A stretch of 32,000 bases of DNA from Puniceicoccales bacterium (GTDB lineage Bacteria > Verrucomicrobiota > Verrucomicrobiia > Opitutales > LL51). Positions 6,447-15,366 of this stretch are shown here, piece by piece; the stretch's first letter is position 1, and every line of letters starts with the position of its first letter. The stretch spans positions 1 through 32,000 of the forward strand of contig JAITBP010000011.1 of NCBI GenBank assembly GCA_031283585.1. The letters run 5' to 3'. The notes beneath the pieces are model-generated. The model did not search any database. It had not been told where the DNA came from and saw only the letters and a program-made list of their open reading frames with translations. Both the position numbers and the translations under genes were made by a program.

Positions 6447-7208
6447 GTGAGAAAATACATATGTGGTTTGATTTTTGCATTGTCCGTTTTTTGTGGTGGC
6501 TGCGGAAGTGAAAATGGCAGCGAAACCATAAGATTCGGAACCTGTGCGGATTACCCTCCATTCGAGTATTATAAAAATGGTGTTTTGGTTGGATTTGAAG
6601 TTGATCTTGTAAAGATTATTGCCGAGAGACTTGGGAAAAAAGCAGTCTTTGAAGACATGGCTTTTTCGACGCTTTTGACCTCATTGAACAATGGGTTTAT
6701 CGATGCTGTTATTTCTGGCTATGGTTCTAGCCAGGAGAAAAGGGAAAAGTATGGCATCACGTTCGTATATTATCCAGAAAAATTGGTGTTTGTGTATAAA
6801 GAGCCGAATTCTATAACCAGCAAAGACCAGTTGGCTAGGAAAAAGGTCGCCTATCAACTCGGTATCCCGGGCATGAAGAAATGGCTAAGGGAAAACATCC
6901 CCGATGCTGAGCCGGTGCTTATGGATAGGATGGAGCTGGCTGTGGAATCATTGAAGGCTGGTCATGTGGATTGTATTATTATAGACGAGTTTGTGGCAAA
7001 TGTATTCTGTGAAAAAAATCCTGGCCTTAAATGCTTTGTGCCAGATTGTTTAAAAATCAGCGATGGCCTAGCGATTGTGACCAGGAAAAACGCATCTTTG
7101 AAAGAAGAGATAAATAAAATTCTAAAAACCTTGGAAACGACTGGCGAACTGCAGAAATTAAAAGAAAAATGGGGCCTAAAGGAAAAATGGAAATTGCTGG
7201 AGAAATAG
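6447..7208 (+). CDS. Polar amino-acid ABC transporter substrate-binding protein (family 3 SBP), copy 1
   Basis: 253 aa with a GTG start and an N-terminal signal/lipoprotein-like segment, LIFALSVFCGGCGSE. It has SBP_bac_3-type motifs GTCADYPPFEY, GFEVDLVKIIAERLGK, VISGYG and DCIIIDEFVA. Confidence 0.85.
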   Translation: MRKYICGLIFALSVFCGGCGSENGSETIRFGTCADYPPFEYYKNGVLVGFEVDLVKIIAERLGKKAVFEDMAFSTLLTSLNNGFIDAVISGYGSSQEKREKYGITFVYYPEKLVFVYKEPNSITSKDQLARKKVAYQLGIPGMKKWLRENIPDAEPVLMDRMELAVESLKAGHVDCIIIDEFVANVFCEKNPGLKCFVPDCLKISDGLAIVTRKNASLKEEINKILKTLETTGELQKLKEKWGLKEKWKLLEK

Positions 7209-7289
7209 AGTTGCTTTGAAGTTTTGTCCGTCAGTTTTTGTGTTGACAAGGTAGGATTGTGCTGTTCATTCAACTGGTGAGTAGATATC

Positions 7290-8054
7290 ATGAAAAAATT
7301 TGTATTTATCGCAATGCTAGCTGCTTTTTTAAGTTCCTGTGGCAATGGAAATGATGGTAAAATCCTAAAATTCGGAACCTGTGCAGATTATCCCCCGTTT
7401 GAGTATTATAAGGATGGTGTTCTTGATGGATTTGAGATTGATCTCGTAAAAATTATCGCTAGAAATATGGGAAAGGAAGTGGTTTTTGAAGATATGGCTT
7501 TTTCTACACTTTTGGCTTCACTGGATAATGATTTCATCAATGTGGTTTTTGCCGGTTATGGTTCTTCGGCGGAAAAAAGAGAAAAATATGACTTTTCGCT
7601 TCCCTACTATCCCGAGAGGATGGTATTTGTATATAAAAAATCCAATCCCATAACCGATGAAACCCAGTTAGCTGGGAAAAAAATTGCCTATCAACTTGGT
7701 TCCACCGCAGCAAAAAAGTGGATTGAGGAAACCATTGCCGATGTGGAACTTGTTCCGCTGGATAAAATGGATTTGGCGATAGAATCTCTGAAAGCTGGGC
7801 ATGTGGAATACGTTGTTATAGATGAGTTTGTGGCCAATGTTTACTGTGAGAAAAATTTTGACCTGGGATATTTTGTGCCGGATTCCTTGAAGCTTAGTGA
7901 TGGCATAGCAATGGCTGTTAAGAAAGGATCACCACTTACAGCTCAGATAAATAAAATACTAAAAGATTTGGAATCCAGTGGCGAACTACAGAAATTAAGA
8001 GAAAAATGGGGATTAAAACAGAAATGGAGATTGCCAGATGGGAGCAATTTGTGA
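7290..8054 (+). CDS. Polar amino-acid ABC transporter substrate-binding lipoprotein, copy 2 (tandem paralog)
   Basis: 254 aa with signal peptide and lipobox MKKFVFIAMLAAFLSSC. It is colinear with copy 1 along its full length, sharing GTCADYPPFEYYK.GVL.GFE.DLVKIIA...FEDMAFSTLL.SL.N.FI and ending SGELQKLREKWGLKQKW. Confidence 0.88.
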   Translation: MKKFVFIAMLAAFLSSCGNGNDGKILKFGTCADYPPFEYYKDGVLDGFEIDLVKIIARNMGKEVVFEDMAFSTLLASLDNDFINVVFAGYGSSAEKREKYDFSLPYYPERMVFVYKKSNPITDETQLAGKKIAYQLGSTAAKKWIEETIADVELVPLDKMDLAIESLKAGHVEYVVIDEFVANVYCEKNFDLGYFVPDSLKLSDGIAMAVKKGSPLTAQINKILKDLESSGELQKLREKWGLKQKWRLPDGSNL

Positions 8055-8712
8055 TCTCGATCCAGGCTTAGGGTTTGATAAAATTGCTCAAAATTTCCTG
8101 TTCATTGGCCATGGCATTGAAATTTCGCTAAAATTATTATTTGGCGGAATTTTTATTGGAATTTTATTTGGCGGAATATTGTCTATACTCAGGTACAGTG
8201 GAATGTGTAGACCAGTGATAAATGGGTTCATATCCATCATAAGAGGTACACCGGTCATGCTGCAATTGAGTTTCGTGTACTTCATAACCCCAGGTATCAT
8301 CGGTGTCAAACTTGGTATAATATCTGCAGGTATCATTGCCTTTGGCATAAATAGCTCCGCCTATATCGCCGAAATACTAAGGTCCGGCATAGAGAGTTTG
8401 CCAAAAGGACAGTTCGAAGCTGCACAAACATTGGAAATCCCAGGTTTTTATATTTGGAGAGATATCATATTACCCCAGGTCATTGCAAATATTTTGCCAG
8501 CCATGGTAAACGAAGTTATTTCTTTGCTGAAAGAAACTGCACTGATTGCAACCATAGGTGGTATGGATATTATGAGAAGATCCCAGGCGATTGCCGCAGA
8601 ACAATATGAGTATTTCATGCCATTGTGTATTGCTGCGCTTTATTATTACAGCCTTGTCTTGATTATTGAATTTGTCGGTAGAAAAATCGAACGCAGGAGA
8701 GCTCTATGGTAA
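8038..8712 (+). CDS. Amino-acid ABC transporter permease (His/Glu/Gln/Arg/opine family)
   Basis: 224 aa and multi-TM. The EAA-loop region reads SSAYIAEILRSGIESLPKGQFEAAQTLEIPGFYIWRDIILPQV. It overlaps the SBP2 stop by 17 nt, so the start is uncertain. Confidence 0.88.
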   Translation: MGAICDLDPGLGFDKIAQNFLFIGHGIEISLKLLFGGIFIGILFGGILSILRYSGMCRPVINGFISIIRGTPVMLQLSFVYFITPGIIGVKLGIISAGIIAFGINSSAYIAEILRSGIESLPKGQFEAAQTLEIPGFYIWRDIILPQVIANILPAMVNEVISLLKETALIATIGGMDIMRRSQAIAAEQYEYFMPLCIAALYYYSLVLIIEFVGRKIERRRALW

Positions 8713-9365
8713 AAATCTGCAACGTTTGTAAGATTTTTAATGACGTAAAAGTGCTTGATAACATTAGCCTCAATGTTGATAAATCCAGTGTGTTTGGGTT
8801 GGCAGGCCCATCCGGAAGTGGTAAATCTACATTGCTTCGCTGCATCCAGAAACTAGAAATCATAGACAGTGGATCCATAGAATGTAACGGCCAGGTCTGT
8901 TTTATGTTCCAGGACTTTCAACTTTTCCCTCACATGACTGTGTTGCAAAACCTTACCTATGCACCGACGTTAAACCACAAAGATAAAAAAGAAAGCTATG
9001 AGGCCCGGGCGAATAATATTTTGAATAGTCTCGGCATTGGATCTAAGGCACATAAATACCCACGAACTTTATCCGGAGGCCAGAGACAGCGGGTGGCATT
9101 GGCTAGGAGTTTGATGATAAATCCAGACATTTTGCTATGTGATGAACCAACTTCCGGGCTAGATGTATCTACAACCATGGATGTGGTTTCTCTGCTGAAA
9201 TCTGTCAATGAGCTCGGTGTCACTATGATAATTGCCTCCCATGATTTGGATTTTTTGACAAAGATATCTGATCGTATCGTTTTGTTGAAGAACGGCATAA
9301 TTGCCGTGGACATTAATCCTAGGCAGTATGATGATCCGGTGAATTATTTAAAAAAATACTATTAG
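8706..9365 (+). CDS. Amino-acid ABC transporter ATP-binding protein (compact, 219 aa)
   Basis: Walker A GPSGSGKST, Q-loop FQDFQLFPH, signature LSGGQRQRVALARSL, Walker B ILLCDEPTSGLD, H-loop IIASHD. The start overlaps the permease stop (ATGGTAA). Confidence 0.9.
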   Translation: MVKICNVCKIFNDVKVLDNISLNVDKSSVFGLAGPSGSGKSTLLRCIQKLEIIDSGSIECNGQVCFMFQDFQLFPHMTVLQNLTYAPTLNHKDKKESYEARANNILNSLGIGSKAHKYPRTLSGGQRQRVALARSLMINPDILLCDEPTSGLDVSTTMDVVSLLKSVNELGVTMIIASHDLDFLTKISDRIVLLKNGIIAVDINPRQYDDPVNYLKKYY

Positions 9366-9446
9366 TAGTGCAATTTGGCCGATTCCAGGGTCCTGAGCTC
9401 GTATCACCATTATGGTTGGTCCGGTCACCAGATTAACAGGCAGATT

Positions 9447-10517
9447 TTACAAAAATTCTTCTATTTTATCCGCCACTTTACCGGTAACGTCTGCGGTTGA
9501 TGCGTCAATGCATGCGGTTATCATGCCTGACAGTTTTTCCCTGTTGGTGAGAATCGAGATAAGTACATCAAATAACATATTGAGGTTGTTTTGGGTTACC
9601 TTCACTGCACAGCCATTTTGTTCGGCAGTATTTGCGTTTTCTTCCTGATGATTTTCTGCTGCAAGAGGATAGGGGACTAAAATCATAGGCGTATGGCAGG
9701 TAATGCATTCGGCGATGGTGCTTGCTCCAGCTCTTGCTACCGCGATGTCGGCGGCATGGAGTAGTGTATTCATATCGTCGCTAAATGGCTCAAAAGTTAT
9801 GCTGCACCCTCCCTGGGTTATCTTTTGGCTTTTTGTGTCCAGACCACCTAGGCAGTAACAATTTATGTGGTGCTGTGCTAAATTATTTACATTTTCCTGT
9901 ACCCACTGGCTAAGAGCTTTGGCTCCCTGGCTACCACCTAAAACCAGCAGCAATTTCTCCCGGTTGTCAATGCCTAACATTTTCTTAGCTAACGCCTTAT
10001 CCATATCACATAGTTCTTTCCTGGTGGGCGTGCCTAGGTTTATAAGCTTTGTGCTTTTGACATGTAATTTGGTCTTTATGCCACCGGATGGAAGAATTAT
10101 TAGGTCGGCTAGTCTACAAAGAGCTCTTGTGGATTTGCCAGCGATGGTGTTTGATTCGTGGAGTATAAGTGGTATATTTTTTACTTTCGATGCCACCGCA
10201 AATCCAACGGATGTAAAACCACCGAAGCATACTGTGCAGTTTATCTTCTTTTCTTCTAAGGTCCTGAGTGCGTTGAAGATTTCAATGCCCTGGGAGAACG
10301 CAAATTTTATAAATTTCAGCGGTGATTTTGAAAATGGCAGTGATCCGGTGGTGATGAAATGAAACTGGGAATATTTTTCGATAAATCTGCTATCGATTTT
10401 CTTCCTGCTGGTGCAGATAAAACAGCTGTGACCCCTGGCCTGAAGTTCCTCGGCCACGGCTATGCCTGGAGCCATATGGCCTCCGGAGCCACCACAGACT
10501 ATCAGTATGTTATTCAT
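9447..10517 (-). CDS. murG: Undecaprenyldiphospho-muramoylpentapeptide beta-N-acetylglucosaminyltransferase
   Basis: The N-terminus NILIVCGGSGGHMAPGIAVAEEL is the G-loop 1 of MurG. LLVLGGSQGA follows, and the C-terminal region reads ARAGASTIAE...PMILVPYPLAAENHQEENA. ATG 10517 overlaps the upstream stop by 8 nt (ATGAATAA). Confidence 0.9.
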   Translation of the reverse strand: MNNILIVCGGSGGHMAPGIAVAEELQARGHSCFICTSRKKIDSRFIEKYSQFHFITTGSLPFSKSPLKFIKFAFSQGIEIFNALRTLEEKKINCTVCFGGFTSVGFAVASKVKNIPLILHESNTIAGKSTRALCRLADLIILPSGGIKTKLHVKSTKLINLGTPTRKELCDMDKALAKKMLGIDNREKLLLVLGGSQGAKALSQWVQENVNNLAQHHINCYCLGGLDTKSQKITQGGCSITFEPFSDDMNTLLHAADIAVARAGASTIAECITCHTPMILVPYPLAAENHQEENANTAEQNGCAVKVTQNNLNMLFDVLISILTNREKLSGMITACIDASTADVTGKVADKIEEFL

Positions 10518-11829
10518 GGAGATCAACCCTATCACTATTTAATAATTCTAATTGGTCCGATACACACAGTGATGTCAGAATAGCCGGTAAGGTACTATCA
10601 ATCAAGTGCAAAAAATTATTGTCGTTTTTCCTGATCATCCAGTTCTCATCGATATTGAATAATTCATAGGATACTTTATCATTGGCTTCCAGGATTAATT
10701 TTATGGTCGATGACTCATCCTGGGGGTCAATTTTTTGGCCAAACTGTAAGCCGTTGGATTTTAAGTTATATATAAGCGATAGCAGGGCATGGATTTTATC
10801 ATTGTTAGCCTGGCTTGTGATCCATTCTTCGGTTTTTTTATCCTTATTTACCAGTTTCCAGGTTTCATTGGAATCGGATTTTTGTAAGAACCATTTTGTC
10901 GCCCCCTGGGAAATGCCGATGGAGGAAATATTGGCCATATCGACGATCTTTCTGTCGTAGAGACTGTTTAATGGGTCACGTATCTGAGCCATATTTTCGA
11001 TTTTTACAGTCATTACGGTGCCTTTGTTGTGAATTCTGGCAAAGAAAAGATTTTCGCTCGGTGGAAACCATTTGCCGATGTCGAGGGTTGTCTGCGAATC
11101 TCGGTACTGGATCAACAGGCTACATTCCGGAGTGGCCAGGCCAATTTCATCCATATTGCAGGTTTGTTCGCTGAAAAATTGCTCGGCTTCAATCTTGATT
11201 ATGTCTGCCAGGACTCTGTCGACAAGCTTGGTGTTAGCATTGATAGATATGGGTGCTTCGAATTTCCACAGGTCGCTGTGTTTGGTTAATACATATTTTT
11301 GGTTTGGACCTGAAATATCAAAAATTATTGAATCAATACTAGCCTGGTTATCGCTAAATAGTTCCCGTTGACACCAGTACGACGCAGGCCTGTTCAGTAT
11401 CTTATTGATCTTGTCGATATCGTCGGACGTGTATACTTCGTCAAGAAACGCCAGAGTGTTGTTTGCCAAGGCTATCACATAATCGCGGCGTTTCGTTTTT
11501 ATCAACAGTTTTCTGGTTGGATGTTGCTTCAGGTTTATCTTTTTCATTCGGAGCTGGCCCAGGCAATCGAATAGGCCTTCTATTGAAAATCTATTTGCTT
11601 CCCAGGTAAACGGTTGAGATACCATCCAATTATTTTTATCCCTTACCATCACAATGTGTGTGCCTCGAATGCTATCCGTATATTCTATCCGGTTGGCAGT
11701 TGCCAGGTCATTGTAATTTAAGAAGATATTCTGAGGTATGTCTTCATTTCTAGCGACGATAAAATATAACAATGCCACTGTTAGCACAAAGGATATCGAT
11801 AAAACCACTGTGTTTATAAGCCTTTTCAT
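10510..11829 (-). CDS. DUF4340-like protein (single N-terminal TM, GldG-associated)
   Basis: The N-terminal anchor is MKRLINTVVLSISFVLTVALLYFIV, followed by a long soluble beta-rich region. It sits immediately downstream (1-nt gap) of a GldG-like gene, the usual DUF4340 context. The assignment rests mainly on architecture and context. Confidence 0.5.
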   Translation of the reverse strand: MKRLINTVVLSISFVLTVALLYFIVARNEDIPQNIFLNYNDLATANRIEYTDSIRGTHIVMVRDKNNWMVSQPFTWEANRFSIEGLFDCLGQLRMKKINLKQHPTRKLLIKTKRRDYVIALANNTLAFLDEVYTSDDIDKINKILNRPASYWCQRELFSDNQASIDSIIFDISGPNQKYVLTKHSDLWKFEAPISINANTKLVDRVLADIIKIEAEQFFSEQTCNMDEIGLATPECSLLIQYRDSQTTLDIGKWFPPSENLFFARIHNKGTVMTVKIENMAQIRDPLNSLYDRKIVDMANISSIGISQGATKWFLQKSDSNETWKLVNKDKKTEEWITSQANNDKIHALLSLIYNLKSNGLQFGQKIDPQDESSTIKLILEANDKVSYELFNIDENWMIRKNDNNFLHLIDSTLPAILTSLCVSDQLELLNSDRVDLHE

Positions 11830-11830
11830 T

Positions 11831-13288
11831 TTATCTACGCCGCAGGAAGCAAACATAAACCCAGGCCAGTAGTATCAGCATTGGTATGACAGCAATCCAC
11901 AGAGCAATCGAAAAAATATCGTTTCTGGAAAGATTTACCATATATTGCTTTAGTATCCTTGGTTGTATTCTAAGAGATTGGTTGGCATCGACTAACCAAT
12001 TGACCATGCTGTGAAACAAAATCCTATTTCCAAGCAAATGTATCCTTGAATTTGAAATAAAATTGCAGTTGCCAACTATGAGTAATTTTCCCCGGCTTAT
12101 GTCTATGCCTGTTGATTTGTCTAGCATTCGTTCAGAAAGTGTTGCAATGGGAATCGGCCCTGGCAGGTCAGTGTTTGGGTCAAAATTATTACTGGTTTGG
12201 GTTTTGTCAAAATTTAGCTTGGCGAAGGTATTTACAGAGCTTTCCATTAGTGGTGTTATGACCAACTGACTCGTGTTTGCTCCCAGATCAGGCCTGGCTG
12301 GTTGAGTTGACCCAAATATAGCTGTTAACTGCATGCCAACCATAGCCTTAGTGATCGGATGATCCCTGAAAATTCTTATCATGTTGTCGCCATTATTGGC
12401 TAAATCCGTTGAATCTTTTGAAACCAATATCATGTCATCGGCGATGATTCCCCAGCGGAAAAACAAATCATCTAACCCATTGCGTTTCAATGGACTTAAA
12501 AGTATCAATACCCGGCCATTTTTATGGGAAAGGAAATCTTCTAGCAGGTCGATTTCAGCGTCAATGAATTCAGTCTTTGGGCCAGCTATTACAATGAGAT
12601 CCGGATCATCGCTGTTGGCTAGGTCAGAAATGTGTTTTGTAATCACATCGTAGCCATGCTTTTTAAGCGAACTGACCGCGGATGATATGCCATTGGATGT
12701 GCTGGGATTGTCCGCTGACATTTCTCCATGGCCCACGGTGAATACTATGGATTTTTTTGTCCCACTGGTCATGGCGGATATCGCATTGGATATCACCTCT
12801 TCGCCACAAAATATCGTGGCATTTTCATTGGAAAAGTCGTAAAGCTCGAAGGCTGTTATTATCTTGAATCGATCGCCACAGGAGACCACCACCGAATTGC
12901 TGTCGATTTCACCGAAGCGGTTTCGAAGCAAATCGATTTGTCGAGGTTGCTTATTTACATCGATAAATGTGATTTTTATGAAATTTTGACAATAGGCACG
13001 ATATTCTTGAAGTAATCTTTTCATCGGTTGGACGAATAGCTGTTGATCCGAGTCGGTTTTCTGTTCATAGGCTACAAAGATTTCCACTTCACTGATTATA
13101 TTGTTCAGTATATCGATGGATTCCTCGGATAGGGATTGGTTGTGTTTATCCGCCAGATTGATCCTTTTAAAATGATTCCAGGATAGCACGTTAATGATCA
13201 GAAATAGGGAGATTGCTGATAAAATGACCAGCAGGCCGTTCAGTCTTCTGATCAACCTGGCTGCCCTGAAGTTTTCCATCGATGGCAT
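11831..13288 (-). CDS. GldG-like ABC-transporter auxiliary component (ABC_transp_aux family)
   Basis: It has N- and C-terminal TM helices (LLVILSAISLFLIINVL; IFSIALWIAVIPMLILLAWVYV). It also has the family-typical stretch LLQEYRAYCQNFIKITFIDVNKQP...SVVVSCGDRFKII...FCGEEVISNAI...KSIVFTVGHGE. Confidence 0.75.
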   Translation of the reverse strand: MPSMENFRAARLIRRLNGLLVILSAISLFLIINVLSWNHFKRINLADKHNQSLSEESIDILNNIISEVEIFVAYEQKTDSDQQLFVQPMKRLLQEYRAYCQNFIKITFIDVNKQPRQIDLLRNRFGEIDSNSVVVSCGDRFKIITAFELYDFSNENATIFCGEEVISNAISAMTSGTKKSIVFTVGHGEMSADNPSTSNGISSAVSSLKKHGYDVITKHISDLANSDDPDLIVIAGPKTEFIDAEIDLLEDFLSHKNGRVLILLSPLKRNGLDDLFFRWGIIADDMILVSKDSTDLANNGDNMIRIFRDHPITKAMVGMQLTAIFGSTQPARPDLGANTSQLVITPLMESSVNTFAKLNFDKTQTSNNFDPNTDLPGPIPIATLSERMLDKSTGIDISRGKLLIVGNCNFISNSRIHLLGNRILFHSMVNWLVDANQSLRIQPRILKQYMVNLSRNDIFSIALWIAVIPMLILLAWVYVCFLRRR

Positions 13289-13291
13289 AGG

Positions 13292-14092
13292 CTATTTTAC
13301 TTCTATTGCGCCGAGGCCACTTTCTAAATGTAACCTTTCGCCATTGGAAAGTTCCATGGACAGCACACTGCCATTATCGTAGTAGATTTGAACCGGAGCC
13401 GCATATTCAATTATTTTTTCACAGCCCTTGGTTAGAGTACCTGAAAATATTGCATCTTTGGTTTCTTTGGCCCTTACCAGAACTTTTACTTTGTCGGTGG
13501 CCATGAGTAAAATTTTTTTCTTGATTGACTTTGGGGTTTGGACCGGGCTTAGATCTGATTGCAAAACATTTTTCTGTCTATCATGCTGGTTGTCATTGGC
13601 TTTGTTGATGGTATGAGATAAAATGAATGGGACCAGTAGCATGGGAATGGATATTGCCGTTGCAATGTAGATATATTTTTTCCTGAGCTTTGGGATGCCT
13701 TCGTTGTTATTGGAACCTTGTTCCGTATCCAGGTCTGGTTCAACCGGTACTTCTATATTGCTGTGGTCAACGGCGCGGCTCTTTTTGGCGACCTGTTGTA
13801 CCATTTCGCGGCGCTTCGACGAAGTGGTAAGTGCTACAAATGCTTTGATGGGGCAGAGTGCCATAACATCTTTGGTGTCAAGTTTAAGAAATTCTGCATA
13901 GGTTTTTAGAAACTCGCGCTTGTATATATCAGGAAGATTAAAATCAAAGGAATTTTTTTCGAAACACTCCAGGAAATCCATGCGAATTTTCGTTGCATCC
14001 GCAGCAGCTTCCAGAGAAATCCCCAGATCTTCTCTTGCCTTAGAAAGAAGTTCACCTAATCCATTGCTCATATGTCCATCAAAATTTGCCAA
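13292..14092 (-). CDS. RodZ-like cytoskeleton/cell-shape protein (HTH_25 + TM + DUF4115-like C-terminus)
   Basis: The N-terminal HTH reads LGELLSKAREDLGISLEAAADATKIRMDFLECFEKNSFDFNLPDIYKREFLKTYAEFLKLD. The central TM is YIYIATAISIPMLLVPFIL. The C-terminal beta domain reads VKVLVRAKETKDAIFSGTLTKGCEKIIEYAAPVQIYYDNGSVLSMELNG. Confidence 0.7.
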   Translation of the reverse strand: MANFDGHMSNGLGELLSKAREDLGISLEAAADATKIRMDFLECFEKNSFDFNLPDIYKREFLKTYAEFLKLDTKDVMALCPIKAFVALTTSSKRREMVQQVAKKSRAVDHSNIEVPVEPDLDTEQGSNNNEGIPKLRKKYIYIATAISIPMLLVPFILSHTINKANDNQHDRQKNVLQSDLSPVQTPKSIKKKILLMATDKVKVLVRAKETKDAIFSGTLTKGCEKIIEYAAPVQIYYDNGSVLSMELSNGERLHLESGLGAIEVK

Positions 14093-14128
14093 ATTTAACC
14101 AAAAGGCAACTGATTTTTAGGCTAAGGT

Positions 14129-14947
14129 TTAGCATAGCTGTATCGACGGTACAGATGAAATAAGTTCTTTAGTGTAAGGATGTTGCGGATCGGTACATAT
14201 CATTTCCGAAGAACCGCATTCTATGACCATACCATCTTTCATGACCATTATATTTTCACAGAGGTATTCGATGACAGCGATGTCATGGGATATAAACAGA
14301 ATCGCAATGCCATGATTTTCATTCAGTAGCTTGAGTAGGTTGAGAATCTGAGCCTGGGAGGATACGTCGAGGGCACTGACTATCTCATCACAAATAAGTA
14401 GTTTTGGTTCAACGGCTAATGTTCTAGCTATGGATACCCGTTGCCGTTGACCACCACTCAGCTGATGGGGATATCTGGACAATAGGGATTGGGGCAATAG
14501 GACCATGTTTAGCAATGACTTTATCCTGTCGATCTTCCATTCTTTTGAAGTATAACCAAAATGTATGTCCAGTGGCTCCAGGAGGATTTGCTCCACGGTT
14601 AGCCGCGGGTTTAGGGCATTGCAGAAATCCTGAAATACTATTTGTACGATTTTTCTGTAGTGATTGAACTCTCTCCAGGACAAATGCGTAACGTCTCTAT
14701 CATCTATAAATATTGACCCCGAAGTCAGCGGAATCAGTTTGCACAGAGCGCTAATGAGAGTGGATTTGCCACTACCGCTTTCGCCAACAATTCCGAGACA
14801 CTCACCGTAGCTCATGTTAAATGAAACATTTTTTAGTGCGTTTACCGCCTGTTTTCTAAAAAATGTCAAAGGCCTGGTGTTGCGAAATGTCACATTGAGC
14901 AATTCGGCCCGGATCAACGTCTTTATGTCTTTTAGGTTGATATTCAT
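14129..14947 (-). CDS. OppF/DppF-type (peptide/nickel family) ABC ATP-binding protein, orphan
   Basis: Walker A GESGSGKST, signature LSGGQRQRVSIARTL, Walker B LLICDEIVSALD, H-loop FISHD, and the C-terminal oligopeptide-type motif DPQHPYTKELISSVP. No cognate permease or SBP gene is adjacent. Confidence 0.85.
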   Translation of the reverse strand: MNINLKDIKTLIRAELLNVTFRNTRPLTFFRKQAVNALKNVSFNMSYGECLGIVGESGSGKSTLISALCKLIPLTSGSIFIDDRDVTHLSWREFNHYRKIVQIVFQDFCNALNPRLTVEQILLEPLDIHFGYTSKEWKIDRIKSLLNMVLLPQSLLSRYPHQLSGGQRQRVSIARTLAVEPKLLICDEIVSALDVSSQAQILNLLKLLNENHGIAILFISHDIAVIEYLCENIMVMKDGMVIECGSSEMICTDPQHPYTKELISSVPSIQLC

Positions 14948-15065
14948 TCGATTGGTTAGTCTCTGAAGTCTATGATGTTACAACAGGAACAATGTTTTTA
15001 TTTCCTGAGAAAAGGCAAACAATAACTTGACCTTTAATGATGCTTTTACACATTTTCCAAGAGAA

Positions 15066-15365
15066 ATGAACCATATAGAACAGCCCAACTCCATAGATAT
15101 GGATCTGATTTCTAGCCTTGCGAGGCTGGAATTGTCCGAGGACGAAAAGAGCAAATTGGTCGGCCAAATGGGTAATATTTTAAAATATTTTGACAAATTA
15201 AAACAGGTGGATGTGTCTGGTGTAGAGCCCATGGCCCATGCATCGCCGATTTGTAATGTTTGGAGGGATGATAGCCCTGGAGAAAATTTTACGATTGCCG
15301 AAGTGCTACTCAACGCTCCAGAAGAATCAGATAATCAATTAGTTGTCCCTAAGATAGTCGATTGA
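15066..15365 (+). CDS. gatC: Asp/Glu-tRNA(Asn/Gln) amidotransferase subunit C
   Basis: Sequence LISSLARLELSEDEKSKLVGQMGNILKYFDKLKQVDVSGVEP...NVWRDD. It lies directly upstream of gatA with a 1-nt gap. I prefer ATG 15066 over TTG 15027. Confidence 0.88.
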   Translation: MNHIEQPNSIDMDLISSLARLELSEDEKSKLVGQMGNILKYFDKLKQVDVSGVEPMAHASPICNVWRDDSPGENFTIAEVLLNAPEESDNQLVVPKIVD

Positions 15366-15366
15366 T

